Assembly: GCA_038241335.1 (NCBI GenBank)
Contig: JBBRFV010000001.1
Coordinates: 1 to 32,597 of the forward strand
Source: Caulobacterales bacterium
Lineage (GTDB): Bacteria > Pseudomonadota > Alphaproteobacteria > Caulobacterales > Caulobacteraceae
Length of the DNA: 32,597 nt
Direction: 5' to 3'
Both the position numbers and the translations under genes were made by a program. The notes beneath the pieces are model-generated. The model worked only from the letters and a program-made list of their open reading frames with translations, was not told the origin of the DNA and did not search any database. Shown piece by piece: positions 29,457 to 32,597 of this stretch (within the stretch, counting starts at the first letter, position 1; each line of letters begins with the position of its first letter).

Positions 29457-30248
29457 ATGACCGATGAACTCCCGATCTGGGATCCCGGACAATACAGCCG
29501 TTTTGAAGCCGAACGTGACCGCGCCGCGCTGGATCTGCTGCTGCGCCTGCCGTCGGATCTTGATCCTGAGGAGATCTGGGACCTGGGCTGCGGCGCGGGA
29601 CAGCACGCGGCCCTGCTGAAACGCCGACATCCCCACGCCTGCGTGCATGGTCTGGACTCCAGCGAGGCCATGCTGGATCAGGCGAGGGCGCTGGACGCCG
29701 AGGTGGACTGGCGCCGCGGCGACATCGCGAGCTGGACGCCCGGAGCCCCGGTCGATCTGATCCTCGCCAACGCCTCGCTGCAGTGGCTGCCGGACCATGC
29801 GACCCTGTTGCGCCGCCTGACCGCCGCCCTGGCGCCGGGCGGCGTCCTCGCCGTCCAGATGCCTGTGGCGCACGAAACCGTCCACCATACCCTGATGCGC
29901 ACCGTGGCCGGCGAAGGCCCTTGGGCGGCTCTGCTGGCGGGCGTCGAGACGATCCCGCCCCTGCTGGCCGCAGACGCCTATTACGCTATCCTGGCCGAAG
30001 CATGCGACCCGGTCGACGTCTGGGCGACGACCTATCTGCACGCTCTGAATGGCGCGGAGGCGGTGCTGGAATGGGTCAAGGGTACGGCGCTGAGGCCCTA
30101 CCTGACCGCTCTGGACGACGATCCGGTTATGCGGGCGGACTATCTTTCGACGCTCGCCGCGCGCCTCGCCGAGGCTTTTCCGCGCCGGGCCGACGGGACG
30201 ACCCTGCTGCCGTTCCCGCGTCTGTTCCTGGTGGCGCGGCGCCGCTGA
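29457..30248 (+). CDS. tam: Trans-aconitate 2-methyltransferase
   Basis: WDPGQYSRFEAERDR, DLGCGAG, ANASLQWLPDH, WVKGTALRPYL and LPFPRLFLVA; GGAG SD before ATG 29457. Confidence 0.88.
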   Translation: MTDELPIWDPGQYSRFEAERDRAALDLLLRLPSDLDPEEIWDLGCGAGQHAALLKRRHPHACVHGLDSSEAMLDQARALDAEVDWRRGDIASWTPGAPVDLILANASLQWLPDHATLLRRLTAALAPGGVLAVQMPVAHETVHHTLMRTVAGEGPWAALLAGVETIPPLLAADAYYAILAEACDPVDVWATTYLHALNGAEAVLEWVKGTALRPYLTALDDDPVMRADYLSTLAARLAEAFPRRADGTTLLPFPRLFLVARRR

Positions 30249-31974
30249 CGCGCTGGCGGCGACGCAGGGCGGTGACCGGCCCCTCGACCTTCGACAGGGC
30301 CTCGCGCATGGCGTCATAGCCGACGGCGACAACGGGATCGAAGGCCTTCCAGTCTCGGATGTCGGCGCTCTCGGGCTCTGGCTGGACCAACAGGTCGGTG
30401 GCGGCGCGGCTGGCCTCGAGGTCGGCGTCGGTTGTCAGGGTGGCCGAGCGCATCAGGATCGAGACGATCGGCGGACCGCGACGCCAGGCCCCGGTGGCCA
30501 ACAGTCGCCAGATCGAGGGCGGGTGCTCGATGATATCGGGGTCCACGCCGCGCGCCTGGGACATATCGACCCCGATCACGGGACCCGGGTTCATCTGGCG
30601 CATGACCTCGGCGGGAAAATTCTTCAGCACAGCGCCGTCGACCAGCCCCTGGCCGTCGATGACCACCGGCGGCATGAGGCCGGGGATGGAGATGGAGGCG
30701 CGCATGGCCTGTCGCATCAGGCCACGACGGTGGATCTCGATCTTGCCGGTGGTCAGGTTGGTCGAGACGGCGAAGAAGGGCCGGACCGTGTCGGCCAGGT
30801 CGACGTCGCCATAGGCTTCCTCCAGCAGCCGGGCCACCTTGCCGGCGCGGGTCATGGCCAGCATGGGGAAGGCAAGATCGGAAAGCGGATCGGATTCGAC
30901 GAAGGCATGGCGGATGCGCGCCTCCAGCTCGTCCTGGGTCCAGCCCAGGGCCGGGCCGGCGGCGACCACGGCTCCCATCGAAGACCCGCCGACGAAGTCG
31001 ATGGGCACGCCCGCCTCGCCCAGCGCCCGCAGGGCGCCGATATGGGCATAGGCGCGGGCGCCGCCGCCGGACAGGACCACGCCGACGGAACTGCCGGTGA
31101 TGACGCGGGCGATGCGGTCGGCGTCGGCCTGGTCGCCCTCGACGGCCTGGAACCAGCGACCCGGCTGGATGGCGTCGACCCAGACCGCGGTGTTGGCCGG
31201 GCGGGTCATCCGGGCGTGGCGCAGCAGGATCAGGTCGGTCCGGCGCTGGGCGTCCAGCACCCCGGCGTGGGGCATGGGCCGATTGGGCGGGGCCATGATT
31301 CCCGTGCCGATGACGAACAGCCGGTCGACCTGGCGCGCGCAGAGCCCGGCCCAGGCCTGTTCGTCCGCCTCGGCGACATAGAGGACGTAGTCGTGGGCGT
31401 CCTCGACGCGGCTGAACCACTCCGCGGCCGAGGTCAGGGCCGAATGGTCGATGACCTGGCAGGTGAAACCGTCGGCCTCGATGGCGGCGGCGATGCGCTC
31501 GACGAAGGCGCGGATGGGTCGTGGCCGCGCCGACAGGAAGCCGAACACGCTGGGTTCCCCGCCGCCCGAGGCGCGGTCGCGGGCCCGCTTGATCATCAGC
31601 CGGGCCAGTTCGACCATCAGGTCGGGCTCTGACCGGGCGGCCTCGAAGAAGGTCTCGCGCGGCAGGGCCACCACTTCGGAATCGCGCAGGGCGACGACGT
31701 CGGCGGTGTGGACGGTGCCGGCCAGCATGGCCATTTCGCCCGCCGGTTCGCCGGGCCGGATGACGCCGACGAACTGGGGCGGCTGGTCGTTATGCTCGCG
31801 GCGGAAGACGCCGAGACGCCCGGTGCGCAGCAGATAGAGGGTGTCGGCCTCGTCGCCCTCGGTGAACAGCGGCTCGCCGCCGGTGAGGGCGAACCAGCTG
31901 GCCTGGGTGTGTTTACCGCCTTCGAAGATGCGCTGAAGAGCGTCTTCCAACCGGTCGGAGCGGACAGGGGCCAT
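30127..31974 (-). CDS. cNMP-binding domain patatin-like phospholipase (NTE family)
   Basis: cNMP domain (LFTEGDEADTLYLLRTGRL, GEMAML); patatin motifs GGGARAYAHIG, GSSMG and LVDGA. Confidence 0.9.
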   Translation of the reverse strand: MAPVRSDRLEDALQRIFEGGKHTQASWFALTGGEPLFTEGDEADTLYLLRTGRLGVFRREHNDQPPQFVGVIRPGEPAGEMAMLAGTVHTADVVALRDSEVVALPRETFFEAARSEPDLMVELARLMIKRARDRASGGGEPSVFGFLSARPRPIRAFVERIAAAIEADGFTCQVIDHSALTSAAEWFSRVEDAHDYVLYVAEADEQAWAGLCARQVDRLFVIGTGIMAPPNRPMPHAGVLDAQRRTDLILLRHARMTRPANTAVWVDAIQPGRWFQAVEGDQADADRIARVITGSSVGVVLSGGGARAYAHIGALRALGEAGVPIDFVGGSSMGAVVAAGPALGWTQDELEARIRHAFVESDPLSDLAFPMLAMTRAGKVARLLEEAYGDVDLADTVRPFFAVSTNLTTGKIEIHRRGLMRQAMRASISIPGLMPPVVIDGQGLVDGAVLKNFPAEVMRQMNPGPVIGVDMSQARGVDPDIIEHPPSIWRLLATGAWRRGPPIVSILMRSATLTTDADLEASRAATDLLVQPEPESADIRDWKAFDPVVAVGYDAMREALSKVEGPVTALRRRQRVSGAAPPGTDAGTAAGSSRRPGAEKPRRGARRASKDSPPA

Positions 31975-32036
31975 GGACGAAGCTTAGACGGAGTCGGCCG
32001 CCAGGATAGAGGCGCCGCACGCCCGGGTCCGCGAGG

Positions 32037-32597
32037 TCAGAAGGGCAGGGCGGCGCGGCCGCGCAGGATGGCCTCGGCCTCGGCCGTGTGCCCGCCGCCG
32101 GATCGATCGTGCAGGACCAGCGGCGGCAGCAGGCGCAACGGCGCCTTGCCGGTCTTGATCGCCTGCACCAGCACCCGCTTGGCCGGTTCGTCCGCATACG
32201 GATGGATCGGTCGGATGGCGAATGAGCCGGCGGTCTCGCCCAGCAGGGCCATCAGATCGGCCAGCCGGTCGGCGCGGTGGATGACGACGATCCGCCCGCC
32301 CTCGCGCACGGCCTTGAGCAGGAAACGGGTCCAGGCGGCCAGTCCGTCGTCGGCCATCCAGGCGTCGCGCTTGCCCGCCGCCGGCGCGCGCAGGGCCGAG
32401 GCGTCGTCGAAGAAGGGCGGATTGCTGACCGCCCAGTCGAACACCGGCCGGTCCAGCGCGCGAAAGCCGGCAGCCACGTCTCCAGTCAGGACATCCGCGT
32501 CAGCGCCGTTGAGCGTTGTATTCTCACGAGCGAGGGCGGCCATGGCCGGATCGCGTTCCACCCCCGTCAGAGCTACGCCCGGGCGGCGAGCGGCGAT
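32037..32597 (-). CDS. SAM-dependent adenine-N6 methyltransferase, YfiC/TrmN6-like (partial, runs off window end)
   Basis: LTGVERD, NPPFF motif, IHRADRL and AKRVLV; frame is open to the window edge. Confidence 0.82.
   Translation of the reverse strand: MAARRPGVALTGVERDPAMAALARENTTLNGADADVLTGDVAAGFRALDRPVFDWAVSNPPFFDDASALRAPAAGKRDAWMADDGLAAWTRFLLKAVREGGRIVVIHRADRLADLMALLGETAGSFAIRPIHPYADEPAKRVLVQAIKTGKAPLRLLPPLVLHDRSGGGHTAEAEAILRGRAALPF

Overview
High-GC alphaproteobacterial chromosome, most likely Caulobacteraceae/Brevundimonas, judged from the flmG-flbT-flaF-flagellin locus, spmX between mgtE and ivd, and a tRNA-His lacking G-1. Gene order: partial membrane protein, ICMT-family methyltransferase, two small acidic proteins, flmG, flbT, flaF, flagellin, two ExoD paralogues, DUF3008, ivd, spmX, mgtE, tRNA-Leu, FliN-like, lipB, PAS hybrid kinase, decayed pectate lyase gene, PAS-PAS hybrid kinase, pccA, S41-like exported protein, msrB, exported hypothetical, tRNA-Thr, small ORF, murA, DUF2948, UPF0262, infA, maf, RNase G-like, yacG, tRNA-Phe, exbB-exbD-tonB, tRNA-His, tam, cNMP-patatin, partial adenine-N6 methyltransferase. 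I see no integrase, transposase, prophage, CRISPR array or defence system; most of the window is core genome and no novel system can be proven from sequence alone. Best leads: (1) perfect EcfG/SigT promoters before a two-gene operon of acidic proteins of unknown function and before a PAS-PAS hybrid kinase; (2) a hidden, multiply frameshifted and internally deleted Tat-exported pectate lyase pseudogene with a LacI-type palindrome upstream; (3) an exported S41-like protein apparently lacking its catalytic serine; (4) an SpmX muramidase with an unusual E-D-V triad; (5) two long intergenic inverted-repeat elements. Family assignments come from motif recognition by eye, not database searches.
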